Positions 29,846 through 38,269 of a stretch of DNA of 64,000 nucleotides are shown piece by piece. The stretch's first letter is position 1; each line of letters begins with the position of its first letter. The notes under the pieces are model-generated. The model ran no database searches and was not told where the DNA came from. It saw only the letters and a list, made by a program, of their open reading frames with translations. The stretch is from an uncultured bacterium (GTDB taxonomy: Bacteria; Patescibacteriota; Minisyncoccia; Phycocordibacterales; UBA918), in the NCBI GenBank assembly GCA_950073265.1, contig CATMPJ010000001.1:11522-75521 (forward strand), written 5' to 3'. A program made the position numbers and the translations under genes.

Positions 29846-29876
29846 AAACAAAAACCACCGTCAGGTGGTTTTTGTT
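29846..29876. terminator. Bidirectional terminator downstream of the anti-sigma gene
   Basis: aacaaaaaccaccgtcaggtggtttttgtt. Confidence 0.75.
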
Positions 29877-29889
29877 CACTGCAGCCTAA

Positions 29890-31143
29890 CTAGGATTCTG
29901 AACTAGAGTTCTCAGCATCTGTATTTCTCTGCGTTGATAGTATTTCTTTTGCATCAGTCCCTATAGTTTTAATTTCAGCAAAGGTTGCCTCTACCGCATC
30001 TGAGCTGGTTGCGGCTGACAATTCTGCTTGTAGATCATACAGGCGTCCTAGTGCACCCGCTGTGCTTGCTACCGCAGCTTGATCGGTAGTTGAAGCCCTT
30101 GTCTTTTCAAGACCGTCAATAATAATCTGGGTATCTCTGCGATACACATCCAACTTGCTCTGTTGTTCCTCTGGAGTCAGTTCAACGGGAACAAAATCTT
30201 CTACACCAAATGTCTGGCTTGTCTGAATTTCAGTTAAGTAAACGATCAATTTTTGCGTGCGTTGCAACACCCCCACTAGTGCTAATCGAGCCGCTTCTTC
30301 ATTGGTCTCGCGCTCTATGGTGATTTGCTCAACCGTACGATTAATATCGTCGAGTCGACGCCGAACGTCTTGGTAGTCTTCAGAATTTTCAGACAGCCCC
30401 AATGTCTCTAAAAGCTCATAAATACGAGTGGTGTTTAGTTCAACTCGTGCCATGAGTCGCTCGTAGCCGGGAACACCAGCCTGACTTGCTGATTCTTTTG
30501 CTGCAGCTTCACCAACCACCGCTGCTAGTAGTGCTGGCTGTTTTGCCTCAGCATTGTTTTGATTGGTTTTCTCTTTGAGAGAAGTCGCTTGCACCTCAAG
30601 GGTTGTATTTAACGCAATGGTTGCTAATGTCGCTTCTTCTTCATCTTCACCGCGCAACACCTCAATTTCACGTTTTGCGTTTTCGGTGTGCGTTTTTACC
30701 GCAGCCGCTACCTCCGCTTCGACTTCGTCGGTTAAGCGACCCTCACTAGCCAGGAGTCGCGCTTCAGCGATACGGCGGTTAAGACGTTCCGTTTCCCATT
30801 CAATCTTTTCATAGGGGCTAAGGGCGAGAGTGCTTCTCACCTCTTCATTAAAACGCACCTTAACAGCATACAAACCATCACCAGGCACTGCTCGTTCGGC
30901 CAGCGCAGGTACTAATATTAAAAGCAGAGCTGCTACGCCAATACCGGCGCGGGTGATATATGAAAATGGGACGGTGAAAAATGAACCGCTCTTTGTTGAT
31001 CCCGCAGGGGCAACTGTCTGACTACCCGGCATTGGGTGGTACTCAATATACGAAACAACCCGCTCGCGAAGGACGCTACGTTCAGCTGTCTGCAGTTTTA
31101 TAGACTGTGACTTTGTATGCAATTGTTCACTAAATTTTTTCAT
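29890..31143 (-). CDS. Putative anti-sigma factor / membrane protein with long extracytoplasmic coiled-coil domain
   Basis: Immediately downstream of the ECF sigma gene and overlapping it by 14 nt. One TM (IGVAALLLILVPAL) and a coiled-coil C-terminus. I chose the ATG at 31143 (MKKFSEQL). Confidence 0.5.
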   Translation of the reverse strand: MKKFSEQLHTKSQSIKLQTAERSVLRERVVSYIEYHPMPGSQTVAPAGSTKSGSFFTVPFSYITRAGIGVAALLLILVPALAERAVPGDGLYAVKVRFNEEVRSTLALSPYEKIEWETERLNRRIAEARLLASEGRLTDEVEAEVAAAVKTHTENAKREIEVLRGEDEEEATLATIALNTTLEVQATSLKEKTNQNNAEAKQPALLAAVVGEAAAKESASQAGVPGYERLMARVELNTTRIYELLETLGLSENSEDYQDVRRRLDDINRTVEQITIERETNEEAARLALVGVLQRTQKLIVYLTEIQTSQTFGVEDFVPVELTPEEQQSKLDVYRRDTQIIIDGLEKTRASTTDQAAVASTAGALGRLYDLQAELSAATSSDAVEATFAEIKTIGTDAKEILSTQRNTDAENSSSES

Positions 31144-31774
31144 TTCGTTTATGTTCGCGTTTGGCTTCAGCCAATTCTTCATGCGACTCAATTAGTACTC
31201 GAAGCTGTTTTAAACCACGGTGGATTCGTACCGAGACGACGTTTTCCGATTCTTCAATGAGTTCGCTGATTTCGCGCGGACCGAGTTGGTCGACAAAACG
31301 ATACAGCAATACCTCCTTATAGCTATCCGAAAGTTCATCAAGTAATTCAAAGGCTTTGCGACCATCAATTGTGGCGGCCAGCGCTTCAACTGTACTTTCC
31401 TGCAGATCATCAAATGAACCCTCGTCTATCCCCTCTTCTTCAAGCATTTTATCGAGTGAATACTCTTTTCGTTTGCGGTATTCATCGATAATCAGGTTGT
31501 TTAGTACTTTGTACAAAAAAGGCCTGAAATTATCGATTTCATATCCGTTGCGTAGGTATGACCAGACTTTGGTATACGCATCGTGTACCAAGTCAATTGC
31601 TTTTTCCCGATTGCTTACCCGCAGGAAAGCATGTCGGAATAACGCGTCATTGTACTCATCGAACGCTTGTAAAAAACGGTCTTCTTGGCTTTCGGTATTA
31701 GGGCCTACATGTGGTGCCTCTGGCATGCGAAAACCATTATATACGTAGACGGCTAAAAAGCCGAACTCTTTCAT
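31130..31774 (-). CDS. RNA polymerase sigma factor, ECF (sigma-70 family regions 2 and 4)
   Basis: Region 2 (LVHDAYTKVWSYL...FRPFLYKVLNNLIIDEYRKRK) and region 4 HTH (LGPREISELIEESENVVSVRIHRGLKQLR). Confidence 0.85.
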   Translation of the reverse strand: MKEFGFLAVYVYNGFRMPEAPHVGPNTESQEDRFLQAFDEYNDALFRHAFLRVSNREKAIDLVHDAYTKVWSYLRNGYEIDNFRPFLYKVLNNLIIDEYRKRKEYSLDKMLEEEGIDEGSFDDLQESTVEALAATIDGRKAFELLDELSDSYKEVLLYRFVDQLGPREISELIEESENVVSVRIHRGLKQLRVLIESHEELAEAKREHKRNEKI

Positions 31775-31829
31775 TTATCCCCAGGTTGGGGTGGAAAAAC
31801 GGGCGACTACTGTGTCGCAGCCCCGTTTT

Positions 31830-32480
31830 TTACTCTAGATTGCGGATTTTATCAATCAATTCTGGAAATTCATCAATCAAAAAGTGATTTTTGTCTTCAA
31901 AGACCATGAATTCGGCTTCCGGCAGCGCTTTAGCGAGCTTTTCACCTTGTTCAAACGGCACCACAAAGTCGTCTTTGGAGTGTGCAATATAAATATGTTC
32001 GATTTTTTTGGCTAAAAGCGGTATTTCTGTGTCGTCATAACCAAAATCGCCACCATCTTCCAAGCTGTCATTGAAAGTAGCGGATGAATTATGAACTGAA
32101 CCCACTAAGAAAAGGGCTTTGACTGTAAACGGTGTCTTGTTTTCAATTAGATACTTGGTGAGAAACATACCTCCTTGAGAGTGACCGATGAGCACTACTT
32201 CCTCATTGAGAAATGTAAAATATCGCTCAAACCAAATCTTCCACTCTTCGTATTTTGCGTTTTGAGCATTGGGCATGGCCGGTTTAATCACCTCCCATTC
32301 TTCACCAAGGTCTTCCTGCAGGTGCTTGTGCCAGCGATTGCTTGGCGCTCGGTGCAGCTCAATCTCTTGCGTCTTTAGATATGAAATAAAGTCATCGTAC
32401 TTCGAGAACGCTTCTCCGCCATGGATAAATATTAGTTGTCTTTTTTTCATCTTTGTTTCTTCAAAATTATATAGAGCCAA
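31830..32480 (-). CDS. Alpha/beta hydrolase (serine hydrolase, GHSQGG nucleophile elbow)
   Basis: GxSxG motif GHSQGG, 216 aa. Confidence 0.7.
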   Translation of the reverse strand: MALYNFEETKMKKRQLIFIHGGEAFSKYDDFISYLKTQEIELHRAPSNRWHKHLQEDLGEEWEVIKPAMPNAQNAKYEEWKIWFERYFTFLNEEVVLIGHSQGGMFLTKYLIENKTPFTVKALFLVGSVHNSSATFNDSLEDGGDFGYDDTEIPLLAKKIEHIYIAHSKDDFVVPFEQGEKLAKALPEAEFMVFEDKNHFLIDEFPELIDKIRNLE

Positions 32481-33043
32481 GGGGTATTTCCAACGGTAAG
32501 CTTTCGTTGATTGATTATTTCATAGCCGTCTGCTATTTCTTCAATATCCCCAAACTCATAAAAGTAAAAGGTTCTTTCTCCAAACGCATCCTTAATCACT
32601 TCCCCACCCTTATATGATCCAAGCTTAACAGATATATAAAAAATACCGTCCTGAGATAAAGATATGTGCGCTCGCTTTAGTATTTGCCGAAACGTCTCCT
32701 TATCTACGTGAAGTAAGGAGGCGAAAGCAAAAATAATATCGACCGGTTCTGCAAACTCGTAGGTTTCTACATCTGCGACTTGGAAATTGACTTCTGGAAG
32801 TTTTTCCCTTGCTAAAGCAACGAAAGATTTTGAAATATCAAAACCGGTATAGTGGTTTGTTTTCTTGCAAATCTCTTCTGCGTCTCTACCGTCGTCACAC
32901 CCAATTTCTAAAACTCTGGGATTAGGTTGCGCATATTCTGCAAAGACTTCGTTAATACAACCGATTCGTGGTCCAATGCCTTGGAACTTTTTTGCATACT
33001 CAATTGCACCTCTGTTGTATGTTTCAACAGTCTTCAGGTCCAT
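32447..33043 (-). CDS. Class I SAM-dependent methyltransferase
   Basis: Motif I VLEIGCDDGRDAEEI. Overlaps the downstream hydrolase gene by 34 nt. Confidence 0.8.
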   Translation of the reverse strand: MDLKTVETYNRGAIEYAKKFQGIGPRIGCINEVFAEYAQPNPRVLEIGCDDGRDAEEICKKTNHYTGFDISKSFVALAREKLPEVNFQVADVETYEFAEPVDIIFAFASLLHVDKETFRQILKRAHISLSQDGIFYISVKLGSYKGGEVIKDAFGERTFYFYEFGDIEEIADGYEIINQRKLTVGNTPWLYIILKKQR

Positions 33044-33046
33044 ATT

Positions 33047-33970
33047 TTAAAAGTAGCCTTTGCGTCTAAACGTAGTAATGACTACTGCCAACAATATGGC
33101 AATGAGAAACATGACAAACCAAAATGCGTAGGGACTATTTTCGAGCGGGAGGGCGACGTTCATGCCGTACAAAGACGCCACAATGGTAGGGATAGTGAGC
33201 AAAATCGTTAGGAGTGTCAGGGTTTTAATCGTGGCGTTTAGGTTGTTGGTGAGAATTGCTTCGGTTGCAGAGCGCACGTTCTGAATGGTTTTCAAAACCG
33301 CGCCCGCTGAATCAACCACCTGTCGATTATCAATCACTAGGTCGTTCATGTATTCCATGTCATCGCTATACATGTGAATATGGTTCCCTTTCGCTATTTG
33401 CTGCAGCGCATTACTCGTTGGGAGCAACGCCGCCACCATGTCATTGAGGCGATGCTCGTACGTCACAAATCGTTCAATCTCCTTGTTACCAATTCGCCGC
33501 AACTGGGCGCGATCTTTATGCACACTGCGGCGCAACGTATGAAGCTGACGCTCAAAGGAGTCAGTAATTGCTTCCATTAGCTGTAAAAAGAGTTTGGTTT
33601 TCTGGGTGGTGTGGACCACTTCTTTGCCTTCTATAAACTGTTTAAACTGTGGCACATCACGTTGCACTACCGTCATCACAAACGACTCCCCCATTACAAT
33701 TAGAAGCGGGGCGGTATCGGTGTCTTCTTTTTGTTCGTTATAGGGATACCGAGTAAAGAAATAGGTGGCGCCTTGTGAGCGCTCCATACGCGGCACCTCA
33801 AAGAAGTCGAGGGCGTCCTCAATTAGATCGGTATCAAGTGCTAATTTCTCAAACAGATTGGTTAGTTCTTCTTCCGATGCTTTCGACACATGAATCCAGA
33901 CACCGGTGCGTATATCGCTAACTTCCTTTAACGCGTCGTCCTTAACCGTTCGAAAATAGTAGGTAATCAT
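33047..33970 (-). CDS. corA: Magnesium/cobalt transporter CorA family
   Basis: C-terminal two TM helices with the YGMN signature (LYGMNVALP). Confidence 0.8.
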   Translation of the reverse strand: MITYYFRTVKDDALKEVSDIRTGVWIHVSKASEEELTNLFEKLALDTDLIEDALDFFEVPRMERSQGATYFFTRYPYNEQKEDTDTAPLLIVMGESFVMTVVQRDVPQFKQFIEGKEVVHTTQKTKLFLQLMEAITDSFERQLHTLRRSVHKDRAQLRRIGNKEIERFVTYEHRLNDMVAALLPTSNALQQIAKGNHIHMYSDDMEYMNDLVIDNRQVVDSAGAVLKTIQNVRSATEAILTNNLNATIKTLTLLTILLTIPTIVASLYGMNVALPLENSPYAFWFVMFLIAILLAVVITTFRRKGYF

Positions 33971-34121
33971 GCGAACAATTCTAGCATAAACTTCACTCGC
34001 ATTTTTTTAAGGCTATGGTATTATCTGGCGTGCGCGACATGCGGAATGTATAGATTGCTCGCAAGCTCACAACTATACAGTCCTTCTTCGCTCGGATATT
34101 GCTACGCAAGCAGAGCTTGCA

Positions 34122-34183
34122 TCAGTTTTACAAAATACTGACTTGAAAAAGTTACTTTTCAATACAGTATTTTGTAAAACTGA
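34122..34183. repeat. 62-bp imperfect palindrome with perfect 19-bp arms, upstream of tRNA-Pro
   Basis: tcagttttacaaaatactg ... cagtattttgtaaaactga. The central 24 nt are also partly self-complementary. Confidence 0.6.
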
Positions 34184-34208
34184 ATCTAAGCAACATCACT
34201 CGCTGCAT

Positions 34209-34279
34209 CGGGATGTAGCATAATGGTAGTGTACGCGGTTTGGGACCGTGTGGCCCGGGTTCGATTCCCGGCTTCCCGA
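34209..34279 (+). tRNA. tRNA-Pro (anticodon UGG), no encoded CCA
   Basis: C1:G72 acceptor (CGGGATG/CTTCCCG with one T-T mismatch), anticodon loop TTTGGGA, T-arm CCGGG-TTCGATT-CCCGG. Confidence 0.75.
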
Positions 34280-34288
34280 CATAATTCT

Positions 34289-34322
34289 AAAAGAGCCGCC
34301 AGCTTCGCTGGCGGCTCTTTTG
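34289..34322. terminator. Bidirectional terminator after tRNA-Pro and the convergent DUF1697 gene
   Basis: aaaagagccgccagcttcgctggcggctcttttg. Confidence 0.8.
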
Positions 34323-34344
34323 AAGCTCATTCAGTCCACAGTAT

Positions 34345-34869
34345 TTACAATAAACTTGCGATTTTACGCACCGTATTTACATTTCGTGCGGTCATATTTT
34401 TATATAAATCCGAGCCAATAAAGCCTTTCTGCATATAGCTTTTGCTTTGGAATTTGCGGTTAATTCTCCATATGAGTGCACCTGAAACATACAGCACCTC
34501 ATCGATGTCCTTAACAAAAGGTGTTTCTGATACAACCGTTTTTGTGTCATACTCAGGCCAAAGAAATAAGACGTCCGTCTTCTGCTCCTTATCATTTTGC
34601 CAGTCTTTTGGAATAGCGCTCTCAATCTTTTTAAACTGCCGAGCTGTAAACGCTAAAACCGGCACTGAGAAACAAAATTTCTTGGTAATCGCATTAGTAA
34701 TTTGCTCAGTTTTTTCACTGCTCGATTCAAAAATGACGTTACCAGAGTTGATATAGGTAGAGACATTTTTAAAATTCAAGCTTTCGAATAATTCTTTCAA
34801 CTCGGACATTGAGACCTTGCGCCCCCCTCCCACATTTATCCCACGTAACAACGCAACATACTTACTCAT
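34345..34869 (-). CDS. DUF1697 domain protein
   Basis: N-terminal MSKYVALLRGINVGGGRKVSMSELKELFESLNFKNVSTYINSGNVIF matches the DUF1697 hallmark. Confidence 0.7.
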   Translation of the reverse strand: MSKYVALLRGINVGGGRKVSMSELKELFESLNFKNVSTYINSGNVIFESSSEKTEQITNAITKKFCFSVPVLAFTARQFKKIESAIPKDWQNDKEQKTDVLFLWPEYDTKTVVSETPFVKDIDEVLYVSGALIWRINRKFQSKSYMQKGFIGSDLYKNMTARNVNTVRKIASLL

Positions 34870-34873
34870 AAGC

Positions 34874-35152
34874 CTAAGAATTGACCAGATTTGATATTTT
34901 ACGCGCTATTTCCAAGTCTTTTTGGGTTATTTTATTTCCTTCATCATGGGTAGTGGTCTTAATCTCAATTGTGTTGTAGCCAAAAGTAACTGTTGGATGA
35001 TGGTCACATTCTTCAATTATCTCCACTAAATGAGTGAGGAGAGCTGTCACACCCTGAAAATCTTCGAATTCGAAGCCAGCCACCAATTCTTCACCTTCTT
35101 GGTACCAATCAGGAAATTCGGAAATAAAATATTCAATTTCTTTGCTGTTCAT
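34874..35152 (-). CDS. 4a-hydroxytetrahydrobiopterin dehydratase (PCD/DCoH family)
   Basis: 92 aa with the EECDHHPTVTFGY signature ([E]-x3-H-H-P-x5-Y). Confidence 0.75.
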   Translation of the reverse strand: MNSKEIEYFISEFPDWYQEGEELVAGFEFEDFQGVTALLTHLVEIIEECDHHPTVTFGYNTIEIKTTTHDEGNKITQKDLEIARKISNLVNS

Positions 35153-35225
35153 AGTGTGTAGTATACACTAAACTCAATTATAAACGTTTCACGTGGCACA
35201 CTAGTACGCTGTTCCATATGGAACC

Positions 35226-35651
35226 CTATAAAATAACATTCTCTAGATACTTTATAGTTGCATACTTTTCATGTGGAACCATTCTTACCGCCGCCACATC
35301 GATTTGCCAGCGGCACTCAATCTTATTATTTTCACGTAACCATGAATCAACCACTCTAGATAATTTTTGCATTTTTTCACGTGTGACGTTTTCTTCCGGC
35401 CTCCAAGTTCTGGTTTTCAACGCTCTTTGCAACGATTCTTTTGTTTCATAAGAAACGGTCTTAACCTCAACAAATCTTATTATTTCGTTATTTCCGATAG
35501 TTTCATGTGCAACAATATCGATTTCTCCCCATTTTTTAAGATAATTAGTAGTTAATATGCGAAATTTCTTTCTTTTCAGATAAATTACCGTAATTTCCTC
35601 TCCAAAAGCACCGATCTTATTCTTTTCTCCCTGTTTCAGGCTTTGTTTCAT
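35226..35651 (-). CDS. yraN: YraN family (UPF0102) PD-(D/E)xK-like endonuclease
   Basis: GAFGEEITVIYLKRKKFRILTTNY...GEIDIVAHE...FVEVK motif pattern of UPF0102. Confidence 0.75.
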   Translation of the reverse strand: MKQSLKQGEKNKIGAFGEEITVIYLKRKKFRILTTNYLKKWGEIDIVAHETIGNNEIIRFVEVKTVSYETKESLQRALKTRTWRPEENVTREKMQKLSRVVDSWLRENNKIECRWQIDVAAVRMVPHEKYATIKYLENVIL

Positions 35652-35848
35652 GTGAAATAGACAATATATGTTTCATGTGAAACGTATTTAAGTATTTCAC
35701 ATGGAACTTTTGTGATGATTTTAACATATTTATTGGTGTAATATCCTTGTTTTGTTGTCTTTTATAAAAGACAACAAACTAAAATGTCCTTTATCCCCAT
35801 ATCCACAAGTTTTCCACATAAATGCAAAAGGCCCGCGCTACGTAATCA

Positions 35849-36280
35849 CTACGTTACGGGGCCCTTAACGGGAAGAAGAAAACGATTACTGCACAAACGC
35901 ACAGTGCTCTTGACGGAAACTTGGCTCCAGCCAGCCAGAGAGGCGAGGCCAGGATAGTCCATGCTATCCTTGTCGTCTTTGGGAAAAAGCAAAATTGGCA
36001 TCTGAAACGGGCGTGCCTTGCGAATAAAATCCAATTTCTTGCCCATTGGCTTTTCCAGCTGCGCCTGTTCGAGCAGATATGACAGCTCAGATCTTCCCAG
36101 TAGCTCAAAACCGGCATCATGGACCGCATGGATTGCGTACCTTAGCTGCATGTCTCCGTCTGCGTTAAATCCCAGTCGATGCGCCAGTGTTTTACGAAAA
36201 AACTTGATGCCAACGTCTAGATTGACGGGGGATGTTCCTACGTTGAGAGCAGGAACGTCAATATACGTGATATCGTGCAT
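35849..36280 (-). CDS. Hypothetical protein (143 aa), GC-richer than neighbours
   Basis: ORF followed on the minus strand by a GC hairpin plus T-run (35829..35863). No recognisable family; an R-x4-H dipeptide pattern is present but uninformative. Confidence 0.45.
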   Translation of the reverse strand: MHDITYIDVPALNVGTSPVNLDVGIKFFRKTLAHRLGFNADGDMQLRYAIHAVHDAGFELLGRSELSYLLEQAQLEKPMGKKLDFIRKARPFQMPILLFPKDDKDSMDYPGLASLAGWSQVSVKSTVRLCSNRFLLPVKGPVT

Positions 36281-36542
36281 CCTTCTTTCCTCTCAATGAA
36301 CTGTATTTCAATGTCTTTGACGCGATAAGGAGGAAATTATTACAAAACGGCGTTTGCGGCCACCGGAGAGAATCGTCCCGCAGTTACTAATTCGCCTTGT
36401 CTGTATAGCAGACAAACTCATAAGTACTGCTGGACGCGGCTCGACTGTTTCAGTTTTAGGAAAGGAAACTGAAACATGTCTCCGCCGTTCGATTCTCCAC
36501 GTAAGTGCCGCAGGGCACTCACTCTGGCAGCACCGACAAAAA

Positions 36543-36572
36543 ACGCCTGCAGAAGCAGGCTGTTTTTTGTTC
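36543..36572. terminator. Bidirectional terminator downstream of tRNA-Gly(GCC)
   Basis: aaaaacgcctgcagaagcaggctgttttttg. Confidence 0.75.
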
Positions 36573-36575
36573 CGG

Positions 36576-36646
36576 TGCGGCCAGGGAGAATCGAACTCCC
36601 GACTAATCCTTGGCAAGGACTCATTATACCACTTAACCATGGCCGC
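36576..36646 (-). tRNA. tRNA-Gly (anticodon GCC), no encoded CCA
   Basis: Reverse complement gives GCGGCCA TG GTTA AGTGGTA TAAT G AGTCC TTGCCAA GGATT AGTC GGGAG TTCGATT CTCCC TGGCCGC A. Confidence 0.85.
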
Positions 36647-36650
36647 AATA

Positions 36651-37319
36651 TTAGATTGTCAGGTCTTTTTGCGCCAACTCAATCCATTTCATGAGCTTGC
36701 GCTTCAAAACTGTGCTGCCGATTATAGTATTTCCAACCCCAAAGTGCAACGGGTCTTTGGGCTTTTTCGTCTTCATGTAGTGATTTTTATAAAACTGACT
36801 ATAGGGGAGAGAAGTGGCTGCCTTCCACTTCTTCATACATTTCGCCTCAGACTGTCCTTGATATAGCTGTAGCCAACAGTGAACTTGTTTTTTCTCAACT
36901 CCTAAGTACTCGAGTGCAAACCTGATAAATAACTTGTGGGTAATCAATTCTTTGCTTGATAGACGTATTTGACCCTGATTACTTCCATCACCCTGAGCGA
37001 GATAAAGCATGAGACCCGCTACGAAGAGGGGGTGATTCTTGTAGTGCTTGTATTCAGTCTGTGCAGATCTAACTGTCTCGCGATATTTTTTTTCTCGCTC
37101 GCCCGTACGAGCTTTATTCACCAAACGCAATCGTTTGGCATTTTCTAAGCCAGCCCTACGCTTATTTTGTTTCGTGACATTCTCAGAAAAAGTCTTATTT
37201 TTCAACCATTTAGAGACGGTTGATTTCGAAACATCGCAGATCTTTGCTATCTCCTCAAGCGTAAATCCGCGCCGGCGAAATTCTACTGCTTGCTTATATT
37301 TCTCCTCATTTCGAACCAT
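36651..37319 (-). CDS. HTH domain protein, possible LAGLIDADG-like endonuclease (hypothesis only)
   Basis: N-terminal HTH RGFTLEEIAKICDVSKSTVSKWLK; central segment FVAGLMLYLAQGDGSNQGQIRL loosely resembles a LAGLIDADG motif. Ends 5 nt from the tRNA-Gly 5' end. Confidence 0.5.
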   Translation of the reverse strand: MVRNEEKYKQAVEFRRRGFTLEEIAKICDVSKSTVSKWLKNKTFSENVTKQNKRRAGLENAKRLRLVNKARTGEREKKYRETVRSAQTEYKHYKNHPLFVAGLMLYLAQGDGSNQGQIRLSSKELITHKLFIRFALEYLGVEKKQVHCWLQLYQGQSEAKCMKKWKAATSLPYSQFYKNHYMKTKKPKDPLHFGVGNTIIGSTVLKRKLMKWIELAQKDLTI

Positions 37320-37410
37320 AATGTATATATATAATATACTATTTCTATATGTTTCTTTTACTTATACACAAAGGGCGGCTCATATTTGAGCCGCCCGATA
37401 AGTCTTTTCC

Positions 37411-37527
37411 CTAGCCTCGAATGGCGGTGATGCCCGCGGGGCCGAAATGCCAACAGACCAAGGCCAGTACCAGCACGCAACTGATGATGACCACGGCATT
37501 GGCGCGGTTAGATAGTCTGTGACGCAT
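37411..37527 (-). CDS. Hypothetical small hydrophobic peptide (38 aa) MRHRLSNRANAVVIISCVLVLALVCWHFGPAGITAIRG
   Basis: Strong SD gaAGGAGaaggacATG 6 nt upstream and a terminator hairpin downstream (37377..37402). The ORF-track version 37411..37629 overlaps the cupin gene and is probably over-extended. Confidence 0.3.
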   Translation of the reverse strand: MRHRLSNRANAVVIISCVLVLALVCWHFGPAGITAIRG

Positions 37528-37573
37528 GTCCTTCTCCTTCCACTGTTTAAAATAAGCTACTAATACTTGAAAT

Positions 37574-37858
37574 TCAAGCGTCACCTTCAATTTCTTCTCC
37601 GACAATAACAATCCAACCCTCTGGACCAACCATCGCTGAATGCTTTACACCCACTGGCACATCAAAGCGTTGTCCGGCGGTGACTTCTCTCTTTTCAGCA
37701 GAAAAATCAAAAGTAATTGAGCCGTCGGTCACAAACAAGCTCACCTTGCCCTTATGGGCGTGTTCTGGATAGACAGTTCCGGCTGAATCTTGCCATTCGT
37801 AGACATTAGTAAACCCTTCTTTCTCAAATTGGCGAATAAATCGTTCTGATAATTCCAT
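37574..37858 (-). CDS. Cupin domain protein
   Basis: 94 aa; cupin motifs GTVYPEHAHKGKVSLFVTDG and GVKHSAMVGPEG. Confidence 0.7.
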   Translation of the reverse strand: MELSERFIRQFEKEGFTNVYEWQDSAGTVYPEHAHKGKVSLFVTDGSITFDFSAEKREVTAGQRFDVPVGVKHSAMVGPEGWIVIVGEEIEGDA

Positions 37859-37875
37859 GTCTACATACTAGTCTA

Positions 37876-37910
37876 AAACAAAAAGCTGGCAAAGCCAGCT
37901 TTTTGTTTTT
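37876..37910. terminator. Bidirectional terminator
   Basis: aaaacaaaaagctggcaaagccagctttttgtttt. Confidence 0.75.
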
Positions 37911-38008
37911 AGGTGCCCCAGTCAGTGACACAGAGCGAACGATTTCCAGGGTAGCGGAGATTGCTGAAAAGTTGGAAATGGAATCTGATAAGCTCGCTGA
38001 GGCTTCAG

Positions 38009-38269
38009 TTACAAAGGCGGCTCGTGAGGATTGGTTGCGTCATCGTCGTGCCGCTTAGCCTCACTTCCTGATTCATTTCCTAGTCTTTGATAAGCGCCAT
38101 AAATCAAAGAGAATGGAATCATTCCAAAAATGAGCAGAACGAAGGCTTGCCGAATTGCCATTAGAACGTAGTCGCCGGTTCCATTGTATTCACCACCGAA
38201 GCCGAGGATGAAGACAAAAGCAACAGGAATTGCTGACAAAAATCCGAGAAATATTAGAAAGTACGCCAT
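38009..38269 (-). CDS. Hypothetical small membrane protein (2 TM)
   Basis: 86 aa with two hydrophobic helices and an acidic C-terminus. Confidence 0.5.
   Translation of the reverse strand: MAYFLIFLGFLSAIPVAFVFILGFGGEYNGTGDYVLMAIRQAFVLLIFGMIPFSLIYGAYQRLGNESGSEAKRHDDDATNPHEPPL

Noticed and set aside
36489-36504. Partial tRNA T-arm copy (CCGTTCGATTCTCCAC) considered as an att site of an integrated element
   Set aside because: The orientation is inverted relative to the tRNA, whereas att duplications are direct repeats. No integrase is adjacent. It is kept only as a weak supporting observation in the island finding.
36308-36866. ORF-track ORFs overlapping tRNA-Gly(GCC) on both strands (36308..36640, 36354..36866, 36418..36648, 36476..36694)
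   Set aside because: They run through a well-formed tRNA gene and its terminator and have no RBS. They are artefacts of locally elevated GC.
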